Assembly (NCBI GenBank): GCA_964615295.1 | Contig: CAZTNF010000001.1 | Location: forward strand, 16,983 to 80,982 | Source: an uncultured Erysipelotrichaceae bacterium | GTDB lineage: Bacteria; Bacillota_I; Bacilli_A; Erysipelotrichales; Erysipelotrichaceae | Direction: 5' to 3' | Length of the DNA: 64,000 nt | Shown here: positions 1 through 10,306 of the stretch, in pieces | How the letters are laid out: the number at the start of each line of letters is the position of its first letter | Numbering within the stretch: the first letter of the stretch is position 1 | Translations under genes and position numbers: made by a program | Notes under the pieces: generated by a model | Told to the model about the DNA's origin: nothing | What the model saw: only the letters and a program-made list of their open reading frames with translations | Databases searched by the model: none

Positions 1-642
1 ACAGAACCACAGCTTGGAACAGTTATTGTCGGAATGACTGCAGGTTTGGAAGAAGCTAGAGCGAATGGACAAGAGGATGTTGACGACGAAACCATCAATG
101 GTCTTCGGGCTGGCTTAATGGGTCCAATCGCTGGTATTGGCGATTCCTTAGTCGTTGGTACTTTGATTCCAATTTTACTTGGTATTGCAATGGGAATGTC
201 CACAGGTGGTTCACCACTTGGAGCTATCTTCTACATCATTTCTTGGAACTTAATTGCTTATTTTGGAATGAAAATGCTCTTCGTCAAGGGCTATGAAATG
301 GGCGGAAAAGCTGTTGATTTCTTAGTGGGGCCTCAAGGCGAAGCGCTTCGTGAAAGTATTACGATGCTTGGCGGAATTGTTATTGGTGCTGTTGCTGCTT
401 CTTGGGTCAGTGTTACGACTGCCTTCACGATGACAGCAAATGGTGCCGATGAACCATTTCTTGTATTGCAGGACACCTTAAATGGTGTATATCCTGGTTT
501 CTTGACAGCTGCCTTCATCATTCTTTGCTGGTGGCTTATGGCTAAAAAGAAAATGTCTCCTTTGAAAGTAATGCTTCTTCTTGTAGTAATCGCTTTCTTA
601 GGCGTACTTATTGGCTTCTTCAACCCAGGATTAACGTATTAA
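1..642 (+). CDS. PTS mannose/fructose/sorbose family IID component (5' end outside window)
   Basis: Frame open from base 1 (TEPQLGTVIVGMT...); IID motif GLMGPIAGIGDS; hydrophobic C-terminus. Confidence 0.9.
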   Translation, partial: TEPQLGTVIVGMTAGLEEARANGQEDVDDETINGLRAGLMGPIAGIGDSLVVGTLIPILLGIAMGMSTGGSPLGAIFYIISWNLIAYFGMKMLFVKGYEMGGKAVDFLVGPQGEALRESITMLGGIVIGAVAASWVSVTTAFTMTANGADEPFLVLQDTLNGVYPGFLTAAFIILCWWLMAKKKMSPLKVMLLLVVIAFLGVLIGFFNPGLTY

Positions 643-677
643 TCTTTGCTTTTTACGCACGATTGGAGGAATCAATT

Positions 678-947
678 ATGCCCAATTTAAGTAAGGATGA
701 GGTGAAACAACAAATCGTTCTTCAAACCCACCTCTTTCAAAACTTGAAGCGATGGCTCAATCTTGCGCTTTTCATCTCTTCTCTCTTATTTAGTGTCACT
801 GTATTTGGAAAACAAAATGCGGTTCTCTTTTGGATCGCTGTGATTGCCCTCACTCTTTCCATTGTCATAACACTTGTCATCGGCTTAGCTTTAAAAAGAG
901 GACAGGATAACTTAAAGAAATTGATTCAACTTCTCGATGCGAATTAA
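678..947 (+). CDS. Small two-TM membrane protein, last gene of PTS operon
   Basis: GGAGG RBS before ATG 678 (ORF track starts 663); two hydrophobic segments; followed by terminator. Confidence 0.75.
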   Translation: MPNLSKDEVKQQIVLQTHLFQNLKRWLNLALFISSLLFSVTVFGKQNAVLFWIAVIALTLSIVITLVIGLALKRGQDNLKKLIQLLDAN

Positions 948-952
948 GAATG

Positions 953-979
953 ACGGACGAATCTTTCGTCCGTTTTTTT
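953..979 (+). terminator. Intrinsic terminator
   Basis: ACGGACGA-atctt-TCGTCCGT hairpin plus T-tract. Confidence 0.85.
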
Positions 980-1299
980 AGGTTTATAAAGAACCAAAAG
1001 ATTGGATTTCTTTTCAAGGAAAGGAAATCCAGTACTATTCAAGAGAATGATTAAAACTAAAAAAAGGAAAAAACCAAGGGAGAATTAGTCTTTTAAAAGA
1101 TATGTTGAGTTAATCACAATATTCTTGTCAATTAATTTAAAATATTAATTATTAAAATGATTAAAGAAATAAAAAAGTTCCATCTGCTCAAAGAGTAGGT
1201 GGAACAAAAATATTAAGATTAAATAGGAGATGAAATAACTAAGAGATTAAGATTTTTTGATTCGTTACAAATCATTTCTTTAGGTCATCAAAAATCTTA

Positions 1300-4200
1300 T
1301 TATTCGGATTCATCACTCAACTCCACTTTTAAATGAAAAGAACGAGACTCAAGTTCATGATCTTCGCTATTTTTGATCGGAGTAACGAGCAAATGGTTTT
1401 TCATGTCAATACGAGGGACAAGACGTAAAGCATAAATTACATTAAAAGCCTCAAGAATTGCAGCATTTTCTACTGCCGAAAAGGCAATAAATTGAATATT
1501 TTGAGCTTTACACATTTCCCAAAGAGGTTCAATGATATGGGATGAGTGAACTTTAGCAAAGGGATTATCCATAATGAGAACACTATGACGGTCCCGTCGT
1601 GATAAAAGATCAAATTTATCGTAGCGTTGGTACGAAAGCAGTGCAGAAATGATAGTAAAGGCAGCCAAGAAAGATTCTGCTCCCGACGTTTTTCCAGCAT
1701 TTTCCCAGGGAATACTGGTTTCTTGGAACTCTTCGATTTTTAAAATATGAATTTTAGGGGTCCTCAATCCAATAATCGCATTGTAGAAGGATGAGAGGTG
1801 AAAGCTTTTATTTAAAATACGCTCAATAGCATCTTCTTGTTGAGAAAAGCGCTTAATTTCGGCAATCAAATTTTGTACATAACTTCGTACTTTTCCCAAA
1901 TAAAGCGTTTCATTCCATTTAGGAAGATCAATAGTAAGCATTTTTCGTGAACGGCCCCGTAAAGGAATCGTGGTTCGTTTGTCAATTTCTCTCATCTCGC
2001 TATCAATATTTCGAAGGTATTCTCCTCCTAATCGTTGAATGAGTTGATTCTCCATCTCATCAATATGTTTGACATCGGATTTTGAAGCTTCTAACATCGT
2101 CTGAAAAAGAGTAATTCGATTTTCGAGAGAAATCTGAAACTCGATTGGGTTTTCTAAGCTCGCTTTTAAGACTATGACCACATTAGATAAATCTTGGTCT
2201 CGATTTTTTTTGGCGATTTCTCCAATTTTATCTAAATTACCCCGTATCTCATCAGTGTATTTCTTTTGAATTTTTTGAAGATGACTTAAAGAAGATTCGA
2301 GTGTATTAAATTTCTCTTGAAGCTCTCCAAGGGATTGATCTACTAAATGTTCTAGAGCAATCGTATCGAATGGCTCCATAGTATTCTGATCCAAAAGATA
2401 TTTGGCATCCCGTTGGAGTTGATGTAGACGATCGACTTTTTTACGAAATATAATTTCTTCTTTTTTAGAATCATGAAGATCATTTTGGGTAGCTTCCAAT
2501 TCAAAGTGCAAATCACCAATACGCGTTTCTTGTCGCCTTTTGGGTTTAGCATTAGGTTGAATTTTTCCAATAGCTTGTAATAAATGTTGGCAATCATTTT
2601 GACCAATACTGATCTTCTTTTCAAGATAAAAATTCTCTTGCTGAAGTGTATCTTGTTTTTTTTCTAAAGAATCAATATCTCTTTCGAGTTGAAGTAAGAC
2701 TGCTTCATTTCCTTTTAAATGTTTCCAAGTCTCATCTTGTCCCTGCATCGCATACAGACTCAGAAGGTCTTTTAAGTGGGCTTCTTTCTTTTTGAATTGT
2801 TCATCATAATAGATAAAATTCTGCCTCAATTCAGAAATTTCGGGGGTTTTAAGGCTCGAGAGCAACGATAAAAATTTAACCTCTAGCTCCTCAAAGGTCC
2901 CCTTTGTTTCACTTATCCCTACTTTAAGATAAGGTTTGTAAGCTTCTTGCTTTTTTTGAAGCTCTTCCAACATATTTTGTGTATCGAGCGTCTCTTGGGT
3001 TAATCTTTGAATTTCAGAAGTAAGCCTCTTAAATTCCTGATCTAGGCCATCTCGTAAGAAAATGATTTGTTGTTGCTTTTGATGAAGCGATTCGTTTTGA
3101 TGATAACTTTCCACTGTTTCTAAATAGGAAGCGTGTAAAGTGAGTGTAGCTTGATGGATCATTTTCGCTTTACTGGTTTGATGCAAAGCATCCTTTTTTT
3201 GAATTTCAAGGTTCTTTTTCTTTTTTTGCTGATCACGCAGATCTCTTTTTAATTTGTTTTCTTTAGAGATCAATTTTTCTTTTTTGTCCTGCCATTGAAA
3301 AAGCGTTTCCTCCCTTTTGAGAACCTCTTTTTGTAAAAGAGGATGATTTTCTAAAAAATACTTTTTCTTTTGATAGAAAGTTTGTTCTTGGTTGAGATGG
3401 TTTTGCATTTCTTGTTCTTTCTTTTCGAGCTGTTGAATTTGGTCAAAGCGATGTTTCAGCTTTTCTTCATCAAGAAGAGATGGATTGAAACGAAAGTAAA
3501 AATGGAACTCCTTGAAGAGCTCGAAAGAAGCTGGTTCTTTTCGTAAACTTTCAGGCGTAATAAAACTGAGAATAGAAGAGGAATAAGGATGGTGTTCATT
3601 AAAGAGATCGAAAAGCGTTTTAAGGGAAGTAGATTCCACCACAAATGAATAAGGCAATAAGGGATATTGAGTAACCAAATTTTGTTTGGCTTTTATGGAC
3701 ATGCGTCGTTTCTTTAAGTATTCAATGCCTGTAGCTAATGTAATATTTTGACTTTCTAAGATCTCTTTCATTTCGTTAGTCAAATCAGGATTTGGCCCAG
3801 TTTCGAGTTGTCTCTTTTCTCGGTTCAAGTCATTCATTCGTTCAATAGAAGCTTGAATGTCTACTGTGCATTGAGAAATCCGTTTTTCAAGCGTTTGAAT
3901 TAAAAATTCATTATCCCAGACCTTTTTTTGATCAAGTTTAAGCGTATGACAAAGCTCTTCCTTTTTCTTTAAAAGATCCTGATCTTTTTGAATCGTTTCT
4001 TGCAAAGTTTGAATGGAATAGTTCAGTTGACTTTTTTCCCGTTGCGTTTCGACTTGCTTTTCTTGAATCTTTTCCAAGCTTTGCTCCAAATGCGTCATTT
4101 CTTCTTGCATTTGGTTTTCCTTATTCTGGCAATCTTTTACCTGTTGAGCTGTAATGTGTTCTAAATTTTGAAAAAGTTCTTCATCTTCATAAAAGGATAA

Positions 4201-5727
4201 GGAGTGAACAATAGGGACAGACCAATTTTGAAGAAAGGCTTTTTCTTCTCTTTGATAGCGTTCAAGAATTTTTTCACAGCCCCCTATCTGGCGATCAAGG
4301 GTTGAAAGTTCTTTTTCATAAGCAGTCCGTTGGACTGAAATAGCCTCTTGGTTAGATTGATGAGTGTGAATTTCTTCGTTAAGAGTGTTCAGCTGTTTTT
4401 GAAGATTTATTAAGTGTTCTTCGCTTTGACGTATTAATCCCTGAGCTAATTTCGCTAAATCGATATCAATTTCTTCGTTGCTTTTTTTTAGAGCTTCAAT
4501 TTTAGTTAGAATCACCATTTTTTTGCGTTGTAACTTTTGCATTTCTTGATAATTCTGTGCCAGCATATGGCGTTTGCGTAAAAGCTTCAGGTTTTCTAAT
4601 TGTTCATCAATGGTTTTTCTTTGGGTTTTAAGTGTTTGTTCCTCTTGTTCAAGAGTGGTAATCTCATCCAACAAGGAATAATACTGTTGAGACTTCATTT
4701 CAATGAGAATCTGATTCAATTGATCCTTGGCCTTTTGTTGATTCTCTTGCTCTTGATGAATCCGTTTCTCTAATTCTTTTTCGCCTTGCAACAATCCTTT
4801 TTGAAAAGAATCAAGGTTTTGAAGATCTTCCCTACATTGCCGATAGCTAGAAACCAAGAGATCGGTTAGATTTTGTAAATTCACTAAGGAATTTACAAAA
4901 GTTTCGTGCTGGGCTATTTGAGCATACTTTTGTTCATTATCCAAGCGTCGCTTAACATAAGAGGCAAGGCTCTCTCTAAAATTACCCATTTTATTACTAC
5001 CAGCCTGTTGGTCGAGCTTTCGTTGAATAGCGGGTAGAAAAACTTGGGAAATCAGCTTCTCACTGGTGTTATTTTTAGTTGTGAAATCGGAAAGACCCGA
5101 TTCATCCAAATTAAAGGTTCGCATTTGTTCCCATTCACTTGGCTCAATTCCAAATTCTTGAAGATGTTGAAAGTAATGTTGCTGTTGGGAAGAGTCGTTT
5201 AAATTATAGAGATGCACCTGAGAAGGTGTTTGCTTTTTCCATTGATCAATTTGTTTTTTGATTTGTACAAATGAGAGGTAGCTTTTAATTCCCTTTTCCT
5301 CTTGAATGGTTTGCAGGGCTTTTAGAGAATGGGGATCATCTGTATTTTTATATTCTGAAATAAAACTATAGATATCCAGTCGTTGATCTGTGAGCTCCTC
5401 CTCTTTTCCGGTTAAAAGAGCTTGCTTTTTACGCACCAATAAACCAATGAGGAAATAGCCTCCACCTCCATCGAGGATCCATTCTTCTAAAATCAAAGAG
5501 GGATGGTTATTACGGAAGTAATCAGAAAAGGGGCGATAGGGAAAATTGCGCGATCGTTTTGATAAATAAGGAGATAAAAGAAGCTGAACGAAAACAGATT
5601 TTCCTCCCCCATTGTCCATACGAAAAAGACTACTTTCATTATCTAGATGTAAAGTCTCATTCGTAATGACGTTATGACCATTGTTGTATTCAATGTGGCT
5701 CAAGCGAATGGTATTGAGTCTAGGCAT
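1300..5727 (-). CDS. jetC: Wadjet SMC-like ATPase JetC
   Basis: 1475 aa; N-terminal Walker A DNGGGKS, long coiled coils, C-terminal signature SGAE and Walker B/D-loop VLIMDNPF; last gene of four-gene operon. Confidence 0.85.
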   Translation of the reverse strand: MPRLNTIRLSHIEYNNGHNVITNETLHLDNESSLFRMDNGGGKSVFVQLLLSPYLSKRSRNFPYRPFSDYFRNNHPSLILEEWILDGGGGYFLIGLLVRKKQALLTGKEEELTDQRLDIYSFISEYKNTDDPHSLKALQTIQEEKGIKSYLSFVQIKKQIDQWKKQTPSQVHLYNLNDSSQQQHYFQHLQEFGIEPSEWEQMRTFNLDESGLSDFTTKNNTSEKLISQVFLPAIQRKLDQQAGSNKMGNFRESLASYVKRRLDNEQKYAQIAQHETFVNSLVNLQNLTDLLVSSYRQCREDLQNLDSFQKGLLQGEKELEKRIHQEQENQQKAKDQLNQILIEMKSQQYYSLLDEITTLEQEEQTLKTQRKTIDEQLENLKLLRKRHMLAQNYQEMQKLQRKKMVILTKIEALKKSNEEIDIDLAKLAQGLIRQSEEHLINLQKQLNTLNEEIHTHQSNQEAISVQRTAYEKELSTLDRQIGGCEKILERYQREEKAFLQNWSVPIVHSLSFYEDEELFQNLEHITAQQVKDCQNKENQMQEEMTHLEQSLEKIQEKQVETQREKSQLNYSIQTLQETIQKDQDLLKKKEELCHTLKLDQKKVWDNEFLIQTLEKRISQCTVDIQASIERMNDLNREKRQLETGPNPDLTNEMKEILESQNITLATGIEYLKKRRMSIKAKQNLVTQYPLLPYSFVVESTSLKTLFDLFNEHHPYSSSILSFITPESLRKEPASFELFKEFHFYFRFNPSLLDEEKLKHRFDQIQQLEKKEQEMQNHLNQEQTFYQKKKYFLENHPLLQKEVLKREETLFQWQDKKEKLISKENKLKRDLRDQQKKKKNLEIQKKDALHQTSKAKMIHQATLTLHASYLETVESYHQNESLHQKQQQIIFLRDGLDQEFKRLTSEIQRLTQETLDTQNMLEELQKKQEAYKPYLKVGISETKGTFEELEVKFLSLLSSLKTPEISELRQNFIYYDEQFKKKEAHLKDLLSLYAMQGQDETWKHLKGNEAVLLQLERDIDSLEKKQDTLQQENFYLEKKISIGQNDCQHLLQAIGKIQPNAKPKRRQETRIGDLHFELEATQNDLHDSKKEEIIFRKKVDRLHQLQRDAKYLLDQNTMEPFDTIALEHLVDQSLGELQEKFNTLESSLSHLQKIQKKYTDEIRGNLDKIGEIAKKNRDQDLSNVVIVLKASLENPIEFQISLENRITLFQTMLEASKSDVKHIDEMENQLIQRLGGEYLRNIDSEMREIDKRTTIPLRGRSRKMLTIDLPKWNETLYLGKVRSYVQNLIAEIKRFSQQEDAIERILNKSFHLSSFYNAIIGLRTPKIHILKIEEFQETSIPWENAGKTSGAESFLAAFTIISALLSYQRYDKFDLLSRRDRHSVLIMDNPFAKVHSSHIIEPLWEMCKAQNIQFIAFSAVENAAILEAFNVIYALRLVPRIDMKNHLLVTPIKNSEDHELESRSFHLKVELSDESE

Positions 5728-6397
5728 CAGATTCTTCTCCTAAAATAGTTTTCATGCTGTTATATCCTTGAGAAGAGCGCAAAACGTAATTGGCAATGTC
5801 ATCCAAGCGTTGCGTTGGACGAATGGAACCTTTTAATTCAAAACGCTGGATTAACTGTTGCTCTTCTAAAAATTTTAAGATGGTATCAAATAGTTTGGAC
5901 TTTGTATTTTGTTCTTTGGAGCCGATCTCTGATTTCAAACTTTCATACACTGCCAACATTTTTTCATAAGGAACTTCGTTAGTTACAGAAGAGGTATTGG
6001 CTTGGTTGGCACCTTGACGTAAATATTCTCCAGTGCGATTCATCAGTTCACTTATATGAATATATTGACGGGTTTTTCCTTGACCATAGTTAGTGTCGTA
6101 AAATTCATTCAATAAAATCAATATGATAAACATATACAAGTAATAAAAGACGACTGGTTGGTTTGATTTCAGTAAGCGTTCTTTAAGGTCTTTTTTGGAA
6201 TATCCTAGCCACTCGTTAGTGCTATTGGGAATGAGATAGAGAGTTTGAGAAAAATAACCAAGTTGGCAATCAAAGGCTTCGGCGAGTGCCTCAAATTGAC
6301 TATGGGTTTCTTCATGGCTCAAAATGGCTTGTAAGTCACTATCTTGTAAAGGCAATTGACGCATTTGAAGAAGGCGATAAAACACTTCATTGACCAT
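5720..6397 (-). CDS. jetB: Wadjet JetB (kite-like, DUF6063-like) subunit
   Basis: 225 aa, overlaps jetC start by 8 nt; YLIP...LGYS motif; size and position. Confidence 0.7.
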   Translation of the reverse strand: MVNEVFYRLLQMRQLPLQDSDLQAILSHEETHSQFEALAEAFDCQLGYFSQTLYLIPNSTNEWLGYSKKDLKERLLKSNQPVVFYYLYMFIILILLNEFYDTNYGQGKTRQYIHISELMNRTGEYLRQGANQANTSSVTNEVPYEKMLAVYESLKSEIGSKEQNTKSKLFDTILKFLEEQQLIQRFELKGSIRPTQRLDDIANYVLRSSQGYNSMKTILGEESDA

Positions 6398-6455
6398 AAA
6401 ATGATCCTTTCTAGTTAAGGCTAAGAGCCTTTTTTAGTGGGGAGAACCTTTCATT

Positions 6456-8033
6456 TCAAGTGAGCAATGGCATTAATGTGAAGCGTAAATTGTCTAAAGA
6501 AATAGAAACACGCTTTCCTTTCTCTTGCAGGATATATTGGACTTGACCTTGATCTTTTGAAATTTGAAGTCCTTGGTATTGACGAAGTTCTGGAATTCTC
6601 GTCACCATTTCAAGCATGGAAAGAGGAAAGATATACGGCAAATTGGCTTCCCAAATAATATTGTTGCGATCGTGTTCAATAGTTTCAAAGGAAATCCATT
6701 CCACATTTATCAAAGAAATAAACAGTTGTTTGGCCAAATTTATGGAAGGTAAAAATTCATGGGGCTGACCGAATTCCTGCAACGTGATGGTTTTATCGGG
6801 AGTATCTAATAAAGCGCTTAAAAGAAGAAATACCGAATAATTGAGGGCCGTTTTTTGAAGTTGAAGACGTTCCTTTTCGTGTTCAAAAAACTCTTTGTCA
6901 TATCCATCTTCAATTTCAAGTGATGTTTCATTTTCTTCACGAGATAAAATGCGTTTGTATTCAAAAACATGAGTCAATTGAAATTGATGATCAGGCGGCT
7001 TTATAAAAAGTGGCTTCAAAAAGAAATCAATGCGTTCAAGAAGATTCGAATCTTTTAAGACTGGATCAAATACCAATTGTGAAAAGTTATAGTGTTGACG
7101 AGAAGTGGCTTGAATTTGAAGGAGAATCTCGTCGTTAAAAATTTGCGAGAAGTCTGTTATGACTTTTAAAATGGAAGTCAATACATCCGTCGTGCGATAT
7201 AAAAGAGATTGAATTTTCTTGAGTGTTCTTAGATTCGCTATAGATGAAGGATCGATTTGACTTTCTTTTAATCCTTGGTGGATTTTTTTTATTTGGTCTT
7301 CTACTTCTTGTTGGTAGTGGTTAAAATGGGCACTTGAATCATTCATTACTTTAAAGTTGTCTTCTAACAAAGAATTGTATTGTTTGATGTTAATATCAAG
7401 CGCATTTTTTCGAACTTGAACGATCTTTTCTTTCAATTCAATTTCCTTTATTTTAAGAAGATCGAAAATGTGACGAATCTCATCGTAGGCTTGAGAATAA
7501 TTTTGTTTTTTAAGTTGCAATTGAAAAACCATATCTCGAAATTGCAGTTGCATATTTTGTTCCATTTCGAGTGTAGATAACATCAAATGAAATCCATCAT
7601 CATCCATGCGATAGGATACTGTCCGAGAATCAAGAGCATGACTTGTTAAGTAGCGAATATAGATTGGGGAAAAGCATTCCGCTTCTGGAAAAAAATTAAA
7701 TTCCATCGGTTCGCCATTGTTGGAAAGTACACTATCGATCAAAACAAGAGCGAGTTTTTTGCATTGTTCGTACTCAAGCGAGAGATGGAAAATATCCTGA
7801 TCCATCTCCATTAATTCGAGAGCCATATCTTCTAAGGTACAGTCTTCATCTCTAAGTGTTTTTTCCATAACAATGCGCAATAATAAGAAAACCAATAAAA
7901 TTTGGTCTTCTGTTTTTTCAAAGCCATATTTGGCTAAGGTTTGAGCTTTAGAACGAAGCAAGATAAAAAGCTGACCATATAATGCAATCGAATACACCCG
8001 TTGGACCATATCGTTATAAAGTGGCTTTTCCAT
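6456..8033 (-). CDS. jetA: Wadjet JetA (kleisin-like) subunit
   Basis: 525 aa helical protein between jetD and jetB; assignment mainly by operon position and size. Confidence 0.65.
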   Translation of the reverse strand: MEKPLYNDMVQRVYSIALYGQLFILLRSKAQTLAKYGFEKTEDQILLVFLLLRIVMEKTLRDEDCTLEDMALELMEMDQDIFHLSLEYEQCKKLALVLIDSVLSNNGEPMEFNFFPEAECFSPIYIRYLTSHALDSRTVSYRMDDDGFHLMLSTLEMEQNMQLQFRDMVFQLQLKKQNYSQAYDEIRHIFDLLKIKEIELKEKIVQVRKNALDINIKQYNSLLEDNFKVMNDSSAHFNHYQQEVEDQIKKIHQGLKESQIDPSSIANLRTLKKIQSLLYRTTDVLTSILKVITDFSQIFNDEILLQIQATSRQHYNFSQLVFDPVLKDSNLLERIDFFLKPLFIKPPDHQFQLTHVFEYKRILSREENETSLEIEDGYDKEFFEHEKERLQLQKTALNYSVFLLLSALLDTPDKTITLQEFGQPHEFLPSINLAKQLFISLINVEWISFETIEHDRNNIIWEANLPYIFPLSMLEMVTRIPELRQYQGLQISKDQGQVQYILQEKGKRVSISLDNLRFTLMPLLT

Positions 8034-8115
8034 GCCTTTACCTCCATTCTTTTAAATCTTTATTTTTATAATCTCTTCTTTTGAGTTGATTTTTTTGAAC
8101 AAATCTATCTTAACT

Positions 8116-9120
8116 TTATTCTTTTTCTCCTTTTTCTTTCGATAGAGTTTTTAAAAGAAACGCATAGTCTGAACTTATCAAAATTTCTTGAGGAATATAG
8201 TGACCGCTTTTTAAAAGAATTTTCATTTCTTGAACTTCTTGATCTTCAAAGAAAGTAAAGAAGAAAGAATCTTCTCGCGGTTCTTGTCCTTCTTTCATCA
8301 CAGGTAATTGATTCCAAAAAGCATGCGCTTTTTGAAGCATCAAGCGGTATCCCCTTACCAAAATAGGAATGGAAAGAGTTGGATAATGTTGGCATAGAGA
8401 ATCGTAAATCGCGATTCCTTCCCAATCCAAATCCCCTAAATAAAACAAGTGAGGAAGAGACTGCTTTAAAAAGAGGATGGACGTAGTTTGAAGATCTTCT
8501 AAATTTCGAACGATTTTCTTTCCCGCTCCATAGATAATCGTCCCATCTTTCTGATTGTCTTCGAGCCATTGTCGACAAGCGATAAAGGGATCTAAATTTT
8601 CCATAATTAAGAGAAACCCAGGACGATTAGTGGCTGAAAAGAAACAGATAGGTTCATGAGTTTTATAAGTGTTTAAAAAACTATCGGGTAAACCAAGATT
8701 GGTAATTACGCGAGAACCGCTTTGAGTTAATAGTTTTTCTTGATGCCAAATTTCAAAGCTACGCTCATTTTCTGAAATCGATAAAGAAAGGTCCGGATCC
8801 GTTTCGAGATACTCTATCAATTTTTGAATGATCCAAGCATCTTTCTTCAGTTGAGCTGGATGTTTGGCATACCAATTAGGATCAAAAGAGACTGGAAAGG
8901 AGTCTAAAAATTCCTTCCAGTCTCTCGATTCTTCTTTTTTAGAAAAGGAAGATTTTCGATATTTGTTAAATAAAGGAGGAATTTTTCCATTGGTTTTGGA
9001 AGATTTAATGGGAATAAGTTGACCACTCTTCACTTTTTCTTGAATTTCTTTCGCTCCTTCTTGATAGGTGGGATAGGACTTTAAGAGTTCGTTTAGCGTC
9101 CAAATTGTTTTAACTTTCAT
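8116..9120 (-). CDS. jetD: Wadjet JetD TOPRIM nuclease (DUF2220-like)
   Basis: NERSFEIW..EK, IMENLDPF, IYGAGKK and YLGDLDWEGIAIY TOPRIM motifs. Confidence 0.85.
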   Translation of the reverse strand: MKVKTIWTLNELLKSYPTYQEGAKEIQEKVKSGQLIPIKSSKTNGKIPPLFNKYRKSSFSKKEESRDWKEFLDSFPVSFDPNWYAKHPAQLKKDAWIIQKLIEYLETDPDLSLSISENERSFEIWHQEKLLTQSGSRVITNLGLPDSFLNTYKTHEPICFFSATNRPGFLLIMENLDPFIACRQWLEDNQKDGTIIYGAGKKIVRNLEDLQTTSILFLKQSLPHLFYLGDLDWEGIAIYDSLCQHYPTLSIPILVRGYRLMLQKAHAFWNQLPVMKEGQEPREDSFFFTFFEDQEVQEMKILLKSGHYIPQEILISSDYAFLLKTLSKEKGEKE

Positions 9121-9342
9121 GACTTTAGAATAATTAGAATAAAAACTTTTGAGAATGCTTTAATCATGTGGTATTTCCTCATTTTATGAAATGACTTTGT
9201 CTTTTTTTCAACCTTTTTGATCTAGACGGAGGAAATTATCTAAAGATAAAATGATTTCCAGATAGATTGAATATTTTTATTTTTGAAGAGAAATTAATTA
9301 AAAAAATTTATTTAATGAGAAAAATTCGAGAAGGAAAAGACA

Positions 9343-10254
9343 ATGCAAAAATTTTTATCGATTGATGTTGGTGGGACTAACATCAAATACGCTTTAATCC
9401 AAGAAGATGCCTCTATTTTGGAGAAAGGGGAAGTTCCTACTCCAAAAACGAACTTAGAAGACTTTGTTCAAATTCTTTGCGATTTATATAAAAAATATGA
9501 ACAGGAAGGATTAAAGGCAATCGTGATGGCGGCTCCTGGTCGTATTGATAATGTCAATGGTTACTTTTATACCGGAGGAGCTTTACCTTATTTGTATGAA
9601 GTGGATATGAAAGGAATTTTAGCAGATCGTATTCCCATTCCATTTACCGTTGTCAACGATGCTAAAGCCGCTGCTAGTGCGGAATTGGCTCATGGCAGTA
9701 TGCAAGGAATTCAAACTGGATCGGTTTTAACCTTAGGCACGGGAATAGGTGGGGCTGTCATCATTAATGGAAAAGTTCACAATGGACCCACAGGGGCGGC
9801 TGGTGAATTCTCCGGTATTCCAAGTGTGTGGGCTAAACGTGTGGATTGCACCGAACCTTGTTGGGCGGATGTGAATGGCGTAGGGGCTTTATTAAAATAT
9901 TATGGAAATGAAAAAGGTATTGATCCCCATTCCATCAATGGATGTATTTTTTTTGAAGCTGTGAATCAAGGAGAACCCGAAGCTCTAAGAGCTTTGGAAG
10001 AATATACTTCTATTTTAGCTGGTGGCTTATATATGTTGCAGTTCGTGTTGGATTGTGAACGCATTGCCATTGGAGGAGGAATTTCGGCTCAACCCGCTTT
10101 AATTCAATCTTTAAACGATTCGATGGATACACTTTTTGACCATGTTCCTAGTTTTTTCCCGGTAAATCGTCCTGAAATCGTGGTGTGCCAACATCGCAAC
10201 GATGCAAATCTCATTGGAGCTTTAGAGAATTACTTTCTCGTTACACAAGATTAA
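9343..10254 (+). CDS. ROK family sugar kinase
   Basis: SIDVGGTNIK, NDAKAAA, LGTGIGG, GAAGEF motifs. Confidence 0.92.
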   Translation: MQKFLSIDVGGTNIKYALIQEDASILEKGEVPTPKTNLEDFVQILCDLYKKYEQEGLKAIVMAAPGRIDNVNGYFYTGGALPYLYEVDMKGILADRIPIPFTVVNDAKAAASAELAHGSMQGIQTGSVLTLGTGIGGAVIINGKVHNGPTGAAGEFSGIPSVWAKRVDCTEPCWADVNGVGALLKYYGNEKGIDPHSINGCIFFEAVNQGEPEALRALEEYTSILAGGLYMLQFVLDCERIAIGGGISAQPALIQSLNDSMDTLFDHVPSFFPVNRPEIVVCQHRNDANLIGALENYFLVTQD

Positions 10255-10256
10255 AG

Positions 10257-10299
10257 AAAGGAGCTGGAAATCATTTTAGAATGATTTCCAGCTCCTTTT
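10257..10299. terminator. Bidirectional terminator
   Basis: Perfect 19-bp inverted repeat AAAGGAGCTGGAAATCATT-ttag-AATGATTTCCAGCTCCTTT between convergent genes. Confidence 0.85.
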
Positions 10300-10306
10300 A
10301 GTATGT

